This document shows positions 38,970 to 47,432 of a stretch of 64,000 bases of DNA, piece after piece. Each line of letters begins with the position of its first letter. Within the stretch, counting starts at the first letter, position 1. Origin of the DNA: Spirochaetia bacterium (GTDB lineage: Bacteria > Spirochaetota > Spirochaetia > UBA9216). The notes under the pieces were generated by a model that saw only the letters and a list, made by a program, of their open reading frames with translations, was not told where the DNA came from and did no database searches. The stretch is from assembly GCA_963677925.2 (NCBI GenBank), contig CAXXYH010000003.1:1088001-1152000 (forward strand). The letters are read 5' to 3'. Both the position numbers and the translations under genes were made by a program.

Positions 38970-39121
38970 AATTTTGCTCCTGAAATTTCTGATTTTTTGT
39001 ATCAACAGTTATTTTTATATACCCGGTTCAGAAGTAATTCGTCCGGCTGTATCCAGTGAGACTTTTTTTTAAAATTAATGACAATTTTTTTTATAATCAT
39101 TACAATGAATAAGTAAAATAA

Positions 39122-40240
39122 ATGAATACACAGTTTATTTATCCTACAATAACAGCCATCGCAATATTTCAGTCCTTCTTTTACTTTCTTCTTCTTCTTA
39201 AAGAAAAGAGTAAAAACAGGAGCAATCTGTACCTGGGATTCCTTGTTCTGTCACTTGGTTTAAGCATGACATTTGAGATAATCTATCCGACAGGCTGGTA
39301 TGAAAATCTGCATTTTCTGATTAAGAGCTATGTCCCAAGCCAGTTTCTGATTGGCCCCTTCCTCTTCTTTTATATAAGGTCCCTGACCAGTGAAACTTCA
39401 CGCTTCAGAAGGATAGATTTGATCCATTTCCTTCCGTTTATAGCTGTCATGATCTACCTTGCTCCGTTTTTTCTGTCACCGGTAGAGGATAAAATCGAAT
39501 ATGCCAGAGCATATGTTATCCATGGGCGTGATAATTTTATAGAGGAATGGATAATCTGGCTGGGTATGCAGACATCATTATGGGTGTACGGTATCAAAAG
39601 CCTGCTGCTAACTCACCCGGTTTTTCAGGAACTTAGGAAAAAGAAAGATATCAGAATGTTTCTGAAGAACTGGCAGCTGCTGCTTTATTTTGCAATATTT
39701 CTTACTTTGCTTCTTTATCTGGCCGGTGATATAATGATGCTTGCCGGATGCAGGCTCTGCGAATTCAACCACACAATAACCCTCATACTGACAATAATGA
39801 TCATGGGTCTCGGTCTTGTAGGAATGAACCGGATGGACAGGGTAACAAAACCCCTTGTACTGAAAAGAAATGGCAAACCGCTGAGCAGCAGCGAAATAAT
39901 GAATCAGATTACAGAAATACTTAATCAGCGCAAATACTACCTGGACCCCGAGCTGACACTTGAGGGTCTGGCTAAAAACCTTGAAATTTCACGTACCGAA
40001 CTCTCTAAAATAATCAACCAGGACCGCGGAATAAATTTTTACGATTATATAAATTCCTTCAGAACTGAGGAGTTTATCAACAGACTGCTGCTTGAAGAAT
40101 ACAGAAACAGAAATATACTGGACATAGCCTTTGATGCCGGTTTCAATTCAAAATCAACGTTCAACCGGGTATTCAAGGAACAAACCGGAAAAACACCTCT
40201 GCAATATAAAAAAGACATCGCAAAGATCAGTGCTGAATAA
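39122..40240 (+). CDS. Membrane-bound (multi-TM) AraC family regulator
   Basis: N-terminal TM helices; YLDPELTL, NFYDYINSFR, IAFDAGFNSKSTFNRVFK..TG.TP. Confidence 0.93.
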   Translation: MNTQFIYPTITAIAIFQSFFYFLLLLKEKSKNRSNLYLGFLVLSLGLSMTFEIIYPTGWYENLHFLIKSYVPSQFLIGPFLFFYIRSLTSETSRFRRIDLIHFLPFIAVMIYLAPFFLSPVEDKIEYARAYVIHGRDNFIEEWIIWLGMQTSLWVYGIKSLLLTHPVFQELRKKKDIRMFLKNWQLLLYFAIFLTLLLYLAGDIMMLAGCRLCEFNHTITLILTIMIMGLGLVGMNRMDRVTKPLVLKRNGKPLSSSEIMNQITEILNQRKYYLDPELTLEGLAKNLEISRTELSKIINQDRGINFYDYINSFRTEEFINRLLLEEYRNRNILDIAFDAGFNSKSTFNRVFKEQTGKTPLQYKKDIAKISAE

Positions 40241-40266
40241 TGCCGCCGGCTATGTCCGCACCTGAT

Positions 40267-41340
40267 TTACTGTTCCAGAATATGAATTGAATTAGGATCC
40301 ATCGAGAATGAAAGATTCTCACCTACACCGATAGTCACCTTCCGCATTGGATTATTCTCTGATATTTCATATGTCTGTCCAAACAGCTCAACCTCATATT
40401 CATGATGCGATCCCATAAATACACTCTTCGTAACGGGAGCGCTGAAATCCTTGCCGCCGATTATAAAGGATTCCGGACGAATCATGAACTTTACAGTCTC
40501 GCCTACCGCATGACCGGTGGTTTTTTCGGTTTCATAGACTACACCGTGGATATCAAGCGATACCTTATCGGCCTTTTCAGAGATGATCTTTCCTTCCAGT
40601 ATATTTGCACGTCCGATAAACTGTGCGACAAAATCATTAACCGGTTTCTGGTATATTTCATGCGGGGAGCCGACCTGCTGAATGGCTCCGTCTTTCATTA
40701 TTACAATCTTGTCTGAAAGCCCCATAGCCTCTTCCTGGTCATGGGTGACATATATGGAAGAAATTCCAACCTGCTTCTGAATTTTACGTATTTCATCACG
40801 CATATGAAGCCTTAGTTTTGCATCAAGGTTGGAGAGCGGCTCATCGAAAAGAAGAACCCCCGACTCCATTATCAGGGCTCTTGCCAGAGACACCCTCTGC
40901 TGCTGACCTCCTGACATCTCCGATGGAACCCTGTCCGCAAAATCCTCCATCTTCATCAGGCCGAGTATTTTAGCCACTCTCTGCTTAATCTCGGATTTTG
41001 GAAGCTTCTGTAGTTTCAGCCCGTACGCAATGTTATCGTAGACATTCATATGCGGGAAAAGAGCGTAATTCTGAAACACCATGGCGGTGTCACGCTTATC
41101 CGGGGTCAGGTTGGCTACATTCTTATCACCGATGTATATTTCCCCGGATGTCGGGATCTCAAATCCCGCAAGCATTCTGAGGGTTGTAGTTTTACCGCAG
41201 CCTGAAGGCCCCAGCAGACAGACAAACTCGCCGGGTTCGATAATCAGATTAACATTATCTACAGCTTTTACCTGTTCATTCTTATTTGTAATGAAGGTCT
41301 TGGTAAGATTCTTCAGTTCAACTTTAATCTTGTTATTCAT
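40267..41340 (-). CDS. ABC ATP-binding protein (AfuC/FbpC/PotA type)
   Basis: GPSGCGKT, FQNYALFPH, SGGQQQ, LFDEPLSNLD, YVTHD, C-terminal TOBE domain. Confidence 0.95.
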   Translation of the reverse strand: MNNKIKVELKNLTKTFITNKNEQVKAVDNVNLIIEPGEFVCLLGPSGCGKTTTLRMLAGFEIPTSGEIYIGDKNVANLTPDKRDTAMVFQNYALFPHMNVYDNIAYGLKLQKLPKSEIKQRVAKILGLMKMEDFADRVPSEMSGGQQQRVSLARALIMESGVLLFDEPLSNLDAKLRLHMRDEIRKIQKQVGISSIYVTHDQEEAMGLSDKIVIMKDGAIQQVGSPHEIYQKPVNDFVAQFIGRANILEGKIISEKADKVSLDIHGVVYETEKTTGHAVGETVKFMIRPESFIIGGKDFSAPVTKSVFMGSHHEYEVELFGQTYEISENNPMRKVTIGVGENLSFSMDPNSIHILEQ

Positions 41341-41358
41341 TATGCACTAACTCCATAT

Positions 41359-43059
41359 TTATTCGGTACTGATATTTTTCACAAAGATCTTTATTACAAG
41401 CATTGCCGCACTGACTATCACGATCAGCAGTGTACAGTATGCTGATGCTACTCCCATTTTACCGACATCAATCTGAGCCATAATGGTTGTAGTCAGTAAC
41501 TTGTATCTGGCTGAAATCAGAAAGATAACAGTACTAACCAGGGTCATACTTCTGGCGAATGTAAAGATAAGGCCGTTGAGGAAGGCGTTTTTAATCATCG
41601 GGATTGTAATGCTTGTAAAAACCTTCCTGCTGGAAGCGCCGAGGACATTGGCGGCTTCCTCGATTGACGGGTCGATCTGCTGCAGGGAAGTGATTCCTGA
41701 ACGGACACCGACCGGGAGACTTCTTATAATAAATGCCATGATAATTATAAAGGCCGTGCCCGTAATAGGAGGTATCAGCGTCATACCGAATATGCTGTAT
41801 GTTTTATTGTAGCTGATAACATATCCCAGACCGATAATTGTTCCGGGAATTGCAAGGGCCATTATGGTGGTAAACTCTATAAACGATTTTCCGAAGAATT
41901 TCTTCCTGACAATCAGGAAGGCAATAATCATTGCAAGGATACCCGATACCGGAGTGGCTATAGCCGACAGCATAGTTGTGGTAAGAACAGGCTGAAAGAG
42001 TTTAGGCTTAAAAACATACCTGTAATGTTCGAGCGTCGGCGTGTAGTTAACACCCCATAGTTTTACAAAGGAACCTATCGGGATGAGTACATACATGAGG
42101 ATTACAAAAAGAGTTACTATCAGCAGAATAATTGTCGCAGGTACGGTTACGTTCCGGCTTGTCACAAGGTCGCGGTGTCTTGAAACCTTGCCGGTAACCG
42201 TAACATATGACTTCTTGCTTACATAGTATTTCTGAAGGACAAATATGGATATCGAAATTGACAGCAGAACCATTGCAAGCGCAGTTGCCGTCCCGAACTG
42301 ATAATTACCGATTCCCTCCTGATAAATCTTCACTGCCACAGTCGTAAAGTTTCCGCCGATAACTACCGGATTTGCAAAATCGGCAATCGACTGTATAAAA
42401 ACAAGCAGAAAGGCGTTTGCAAGTCCCGGGACAGTTAGAGGTAGAGTAACCGATGTGAAAACCCTGAAACGTGATGCTCCCAGATCCCTGGAAGCCTCCT
42501 CGACAGAGGGGTCAATCCGCTGAAGAAGAGCTACCAGCATCATGTACGCAATCGGGAAGAAGCTTAGCGACTGTACAAGCACCAGGCCGTGAAAGCCGTA
42601 TATTTCAGCATCCTTGATTCCGAACAGCCCGCGGGTTATAAGACCGACACGTCCGAACAGAAGAATGGCGGAGAGAGCTACGACGAAGGGCGGAGAAATA
42701 ATAGGCAGAATGGCTATAAAATCGAAAATCTTTTTAAACCTTATTTTCAGGTAGGTTGTGGCATACGCAAAAATAAAGCCTACAATCACTGAAATTGTAG
42801 ATGTGACAGCACCCAGAAGAACTGTATTCAAAAGGATACGGACGTTTCCGTACATTGAAAATACAGCCTTGTAATTTTCAAAAATATTAGCTGTCTTTGT
42901 TGTAAGACTTTCGACAATGATATTGTACAGAGGTATTATTATAAAAAAGGTTACCAGTGCAAGGGTAAATATAATAACAGCAAGCAGAGCCGGATCATTT
43001 TTCAGACTTGCAAGGATCTTGAGTTCACTCTGAAGTTTCAGTTTTCTGGAGTTTTTCAT
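41359..43059 (-). CDS. ABC permease with two TM modules (AfuB/FbpB type)
   Basis: Two EAA loops (IDPSVEEASRDLGA, IDPSIEEAANVLGA). Confidence 0.94.
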   Translation of the reverse strand: MKNSRKLKLQSELKILASLKNDPALLAVIIFTLALVTFFIIIPLYNIIVESLTTKTANIFENYKAVFSMYGNVRILLNTVLLGAVTSTISVIVGFIFAYATTYLKIRFKKIFDFIAILPIISPPFVVALSAILLFGRVGLITRGLFGIKDAEIYGFHGLVLVQSLSFFPIAYMMLVALLQRIDPSVEEASRDLGASRFRVFTSVTLPLTVPGLANAFLLVFIQSIADFANPVVIGGNFTTVAVKIYQEGIGNYQFGTATALAMVLLSISISIFVLQKYYVSKKSYVTVTGKVSRHRDLVTSRNVTVPATIILLIVTLFVILMYVLIPIGSFVKLWGVNYTPTLEHYRYVFKPKLFQPVLTTTMLSAIATPVSGILAMIIAFLIVRKKFFGKSFIEFTTIMALAIPGTIIGLGYVISYNKTYSIFGMTLIPPITGTAFIIIMAFIIRSLPVGVRSGITSLQQIDPSIEEAANVLGASSRKVFTSITIPMIKNAFLNGLIFTFARSMTLVSTVIFLISARYKLLTTTIMAQIDVGKMGVASAYCTLLIVIVSAAMLVIKIFVKNISTE

Positions 43060-43087
43060 TATTGCTCCTGATATATTCTATGGAAAG

Positions 43088-43113
43088 CCGGAAGCCCCGA
43101 TTGGAGCCTCCGG
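43088..43113 (-). terminator. Hairpin after the SBP gene (partial terminator or mRNA stabiliser)
   Basis: Minus strand CCGGAGGCTCC-AATC-GGGGCTTCCGG followed by CTTTCC. Confidence 0.55.
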
Positions 43114-43134
43114 TAAATCTTTTTATTGAAAATC

Positions 43135-44178
43135 CTACTCGGTAGGTGCTGTTGTGCTTGTTTCAAGACTGAAACGCTCAACAAGACGTTTTTTGTTTTC
43201 ACCTGCCCACTGAAAGTTATAGTCAATAAGCTTGGTATCCTTGATAGGCATGGCTTCTTCAGGCGGCATAGCGGCCTTGTTTGTGAGGAACTGGAAAGAT
43301 CCTACAGTCTTGCCCATTTCCTGAACATCCTTTGTAAGAACCCAGTCTATGAACATCTTTGCATTTTCCTGATCAGGTCCGTTCTTAAGAAGTGCAACTC
43401 CTCCAATCTCATAACCTGTGCCCTCAAGGGGAGCAGAAATGATGATGTCCTTGTATCCTTCTTTTTTATACTTGATAGCATCATGAAGGAAGGTAATTCC
43501 GACTGTTGTTTCACCAAGACCGGCCATTCTGCCCGGAGCAGTTCCTGATTTGGTGTACTGTCTTACATTCTGATTGAATTTTTTGAAGTATTCCATTGCC
43601 TGATCTTCACCCATCATCTGAACGAGTGTAGCAAGCATAGTATAAGCTGTTCCTGATGAACCCGGATGTGCAACTACAATTTCCTGATTGTATTCAGGCT
43701 TAAGCATATCCGCCCATGAAGTAGGCATTTTAAGACCTTTCTCGGCAAGCATGGCCTGGTTTCCAACGAATCCGAGGTAGCCGATATATATACCTGTCCA
43801 TACACCGTTGGGATCCTTAAAACCGTCACGGATGTTTACAGCTTCAGGAGAAATATAGTGTTCAATTATACCTTCCTGATCTGCAGCAACAATACCGTCA
43901 ACCGGACCGCCGTACCATACAGATGCTGTCATATTGTCTTTTTCAGCCTTAAGTCTGGCAAGTATTTCACCGCTGCTCATTCGGACAAATTCGGTCTCGA
44001 CACCAAATTCAGCTTCGAATTCCTCAGCAATCATAGCGGCATGGTCTTCCTGAAGACCAGCATAGAAAACAAGTTTTCCTTTATCCTCTGAAGCTGCTTC
44101 CTGTGAACCGCCTGCAAATACGGCAGCAGAAGCCATAATAAACAGCACAAGGGTAAGAGCTGTCATTTTTTTTAACAT
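43135..44178 (-). CDS. ABC substrate-binding protein, AfuA-like (sugar-phosphate type rather than Fe3+)
   Basis: VWYGG, SSGTAYT, YTKSG, GITFLHD and EGTGYEIGG match AfuA-type proteins as I recall them; signal peptide ending VFA-GGSQE. Confidence 0.85.
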   Translation of the reverse strand: MLKKMTALTLVLFIMASAAVFAGGSQEAASEDKGKLVFYAGLQEDHAAMIAEEFEAEFGVETEFVRMSSGEILARLKAEKDNMTASVWYGGPVDGIVAADQEGIIEHYISPEAVNIRDGFKDPNGVWTGIYIGYLGFVGNQAMLAEKGLKMPTSWADMLKPEYNQEIVVAHPGSSGTAYTMLATLVQMMGEDQAMEYFKKFNQNVRQYTKSGTAPGRMAGLGETTVGITFLHDAIKYKKEGYKDIIISAPLEGTGYEIGGVALLKNGPDQENAKMFIDWVLTKDVQEMGKTVGSFQFLTNKAAMPPEEAMPIKDTKLIDYNFQWAGENKKRLVERFSLETSTTAPTE

Positions 44179-44250
44179 TTCATATCCTCCTTAATGATAT
44201 TATAAATACTATAAATCAGGAGTATCGAATTGGAAACTGCGTGAATGCAA

Positions 44251-44290
44251 TTGTAACCATACTGTTACGGCATTGTAACCCTATTGTAAC
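44251..44290. promoter_or_regulatory. Four direct repeats at 11-bp period, probable OmpR/PhoB-family binding boxes
   Basis: TTGTAAC (44251), CTGTTAC (44262), TTGTAAC (44273), TTGTAAC (44284). Confidence 0.72.
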
Positions 44291-44374
44291 TTGCAAAAAA
44301 TCCGTATCCGTGTTTAAACAGTATCAATAAAAAAAATATAGACATAGAAACAATTAACTGTACAATAATAGATA

Positions 44375-45622
44375 ATGTTCAGCCGGTTCAATCAGCAGGA
44401 TAAGCTGCGTACAACTGTAAATATCAGCCGCATTGCAAGACTTCCGCTCCAGACTTCAGCTGCGGCACTTTATTTTTATGCGGTACTCAGCGGACAGCGC
44501 ATAATTTTTGCAGTCCTTGTAATATGCAGCGCCGCCTACTTTACCTTCTATCTATTCTGCAGCCTGACCAGACAGTATCATCTGCTTAACAGTCATGCGA
44601 CATCTATTCCGGACATGCTTATTACCGGAGCCTTACTGCTGTTCATCTCACCCTTTTTAATGCTGCCCTTTGTATATATCCTCACTGCCGAACTGGTTCT
44701 TGAGAAACAGCACCGGAATGTCATTATAATTTTTACAGTGTTTACATCAGCTGCTATGATTTTTCAGCTGATTTCCGGAGACCGGTTTTTGTTTCTCGCC
44801 TTTCTGCTGCCTGCAGTCTGCGCGCAGATCGGCGTCGCTGTAATTCTCTTTATCCAGAACAGCACAAATAAGACTAAATATGAATACATGAAGAAGCTTG
44901 TAGACAATAAAAACAAGTTGCTTTCAACGCTCACCCATGAACTCAGAACTCCCCTCTCTGTGATAAAAACCTCAAATGAACTGATAATGGAGGAGAGACC
45001 GGGCCCCATTAACGAAACACAGAAAGCGCTGATTCATTCATCCATCGAAAACACAAAAAGACTTAACGCTCTGGTGGAAAACATCCTCTCACAGGTAAAG
45101 GTAGAGTTTGCCTGGTTTTCGATGAAGCATCAGCCTATTGATATCAGAAATATAATCCGGAAAACAGTTCTGGATATTAAACCCTATCTCGATACCAGAG
45201 GACAGAAACTGAAATATAATTATCCCTCACTGATGTCAAAGACAATCGGAGACAGAAGATGGCTTGAACAGGTGCTGCTTAATCTTATCCATAACGGAAG
45301 CAAAAACAGTCCCGAGGGTTCCGAACTGCTGATTTCCGTTCAGGAAAACGAACAGTGCATTGTAGTTTCTGTTCACGACAGGGGGTCAGGCATAGAAAAC
45401 AGGGAGATACCGCATGTGTTCAATGAGTTCTACCAGTCAACTGATCCCTCAAAAAACCTGAACGACGGTGCAGGACTCGGTCTTACAATAGTAAAAGATA
45501 TAATAGAACGCCATAAGGGCGAGGTATACATAAGTTCCATGCCGAATGCCGGAACAACTGTCTCATTCACCCTCCCCCTCTATAAAGGAGTATTCTCTGG
45601 AACAGTCAATCCTGATAATTGA
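44375..45622 (+). CDS. Membrane sensor histidine kinase
   Basis: N-terminal TM helices; HELRTPL, NLIHNG, DRGSG, GAGLGL. Confidence 0.93.
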   Translation: MFSRFNQQDKLRTTVNISRIARLPLQTSAAALYFYAVLSGQRIIFAVLVICSAAYFTFYLFCSLTRQYHLLNSHATSIPDMLITGALLLFISPFLMLPFVYILTAELVLEKQHRNVIIIFTVFTSAAMIFQLISGDRFLFLAFLLPAVCAQIGVAVILFIQNSTNKTKYEYMKKLVDNKNKLLSTLTHELRTPLSVIKTSNELIMEERPGPINETQKALIHSSIENTKRLNALVENILSQVKVEFAWFSMKHQPIDIRNIIRKTVLDIKPYLDTRGQKLKYNYPSLMSKTIGDRRWLEQVLLNLIHNGSKNSPEGSELLISVQENEQCIVVSVHDRGSGIENREIPHVFNEFYQSTDPSKNLNDGAGLGLTIVKDIIERHKGEVYISSMPNAGTTVSFTLPLYKGVFSGTVNPDN

Positions 45623-46283
45623 AGACGACCCGCACCTTGTAACAATTCTGGACTTTCTGATGAAGGATGAGGGGTACAGCACCCTTACTGCCGGAAGCGG
45701 AGAAGAGGGCCTTAAAATAATCCGGGAGAATATTGTTGATCTTGTGATACTTGATATCAACCTGCCGGGAATAAACGGCCTGGAAGTCTGTGACAGAATC
45801 AAGGAAATGACTCAGATTCCGGTAGTCTTTCTAAGTGCAAGGGATCAGGACAGTGATGTGGTTTCCGGGCTTGAAACCGGAGGAGATGACTATATCAGAA
45901 AGCCCTTCAATCACCGGGAGCTGATACTAAGGGTGAAAAAACTGCTGAAAAGAGCCCGGCCGCAGAATGATCAAAGTATTATTGAAACCGGACTTCTGAC
46001 GATTAAGACAGACAGAGAGCAGGTATTCTTTGATTCAAAAGAAATAAAACTGACACCTATGGAATACCGGCTTCTTGAAGTGCTGGGAAAGAAGCTGGAC
46101 TGGGTAATATCCTGGCAGGTTCTGCTTAAGGAAGCCTGGGGATATGAAGACTGGGACGGCGGTCGTGAAATAATCAAGGTCAATATACGCAGACTGAGAA
46201 TTAAAATCGAGCCGGATCCGGCTCAGCCCGTATACCTGCTTACTGAACGCGGCCGCGGATATAAACTTGCGAGGCTTAAATGA
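45597..46283 (+). CDS. OmpR/PhoB family response regulator
   Basis: IIEDD, LDINLPG, GGDDYIRKPF, winged-helix C-terminus. The likely start is CTG 45597 after AAGGAG; the track starts at 45546. Confidence 0.92.
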   Translation: MEQSILIIEDDPHLVTILDFLMKDEGYSTLTAGSGEEGLKIIRENIVDLVILDINLPGINGLEVCDRIKEMTQIPVVFLSARDQDSDVVSGLETGGDDYIRKPFNHRELILRVKKLLKRARPQNDQSIIETGLLTIKTDREQVFFDSKEIKLTPMEYRLLEVLGKKLDWVISWQVLLKEAWGYEDWDGGREIIKVNIRRLRIKIEPDPAQPVYLLTERGRGYKLARLK

Positions 46284-47365
46284 AAGACTATCTTCAGCTT
46301 AGCGGCATCACAAAGGTCTTTAATCCCGGCAAACAAAACGAGGTGACAGCCCTTGAAGATATCGACCTGAGAGTCAGAGAGGGAGAGTTTGTAACTATAC
46401 TCGGACCTTCAGGCTGCGGAAAAACTACAGCCCTCCGAATAATTGCCGGTTTCGAAATACCCACAGCTGGGGAGGTCTTCATTGACGGCGATAATGTGGC
46501 AAAACTGACCCCGGACCGAAGGGACACATCGATGGTTTTTCAGAACTATGCGCTTTTTCCGCACCTTACAGTATTTGAAAATATTGCATACGGCCTGAAG
46601 ATCAGAAACCTTTCCAGAGATGTAATCCGCAACGATGTTGCAATGGCCTGCCAGGTGGTTAATATGGTGGGGATGGAAAAACGCTTTCCAGGAGATCTCT
46701 CCGGAGGTCAGCAGCAGCGAGTAGCCCTTGCAAGGGCCCTTGTGATGAAACCTAAGATGATTCTTTTTGATGAACCATTATCCAACCTTGATCTGAAACT
46801 GAGGCTGCAGACCCGGACCGAAATAAAACGTATTCAGCAGCTGCTGGGTATGACAATCCTGTATGTAACCCATGACCAGTCCGAAGCCCTAAGCATGTCG
46901 GATCATGTAATAATCATGAACCATGGACGCATAATCCAGACAGGGACGCCGGAGGAAATCTACAACAACCCTGCTAATTCCTTTGTAGCTGATTTTATCG
47001 GAAACGCGAATTTCATTTCCGCAGTAGTTGAAGAGACAGAGGGCAGACGGGTGACCGTCCGACTTGGGAAGAGACTCATCATCATAGAACAGGAAACCCC
47101 GGCGGAATCATTCTCGGAAGGTGAAGAAATATATCTGGCAATTAAGCCTGAGGCCGTTCACTTTTCGGATTCGAAAACAGATTTCTCAGGAACCGTTGAA
47201 GTAAAATCATTTATCGGGCCGTACACCGAGTACAAGATCGAATTTGAGGGTTCATTTATAAACGTCTACCTGCCTAATCAGGGTGCAGACATGAAGATCT
47301 ACCGTCCCGGCGACAGGGTATACATGGTTTTCGACAACAGCAGATTCCATATTTACAAGAAATAA
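46280..47365 (+). CDS. Second AfuC/PotA-type ABC ATP-binding protein
   Basis: GPSGCGKT, LSGGQQQ, LFDEPLSNLD, YVTHD; start overlaps the end of the response regulator gene by 4 bp. Confidence 0.94.
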   Translation: MKDYLQLSGITKVFNPGKQNEVTALEDIDLRVREGEFVTILGPSGCGKTTALRIIAGFEIPTAGEVFIDGDNVAKLTPDRRDTSMVFQNYALFPHLTVFENIAYGLKIRNLSRDVIRNDVAMACQVVNMVGMEKRFPGDLSGGQQQRVALARALVMKPKMILFDEPLSNLDLKLRLQTRTEIKRIQQLLGMTILYVTHDQSEALSMSDHVIIMNHGRIIQTGTPEEIYNNPANSFVADFIGNANFISAVVEETEGRRVTVRLGKRLIIIEQETPAESFSEGEEIYLAIKPEAVHFSDSKTDFSGTVEVKSFIGPYTEYKIEFEGSFINVYLPNQGADMKIYRPGDRVYMVFDNSRFHIYKK

Positions 47366-47432
47366 AGTCCCCCCCCTTGCATCAAACAGATTCAGAAGTT
47401 ACAATTCCATTTTAACATTTCATGCAGTAGAC

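Noticed and set aside
43135-44178. Annotation as a ferric-iron binding protein (FbpA)
   Set aside because: Motifs fit the AfuA sugar-phosphate type better, and the tandem Tyr iron ligands of FbpA are not evident.
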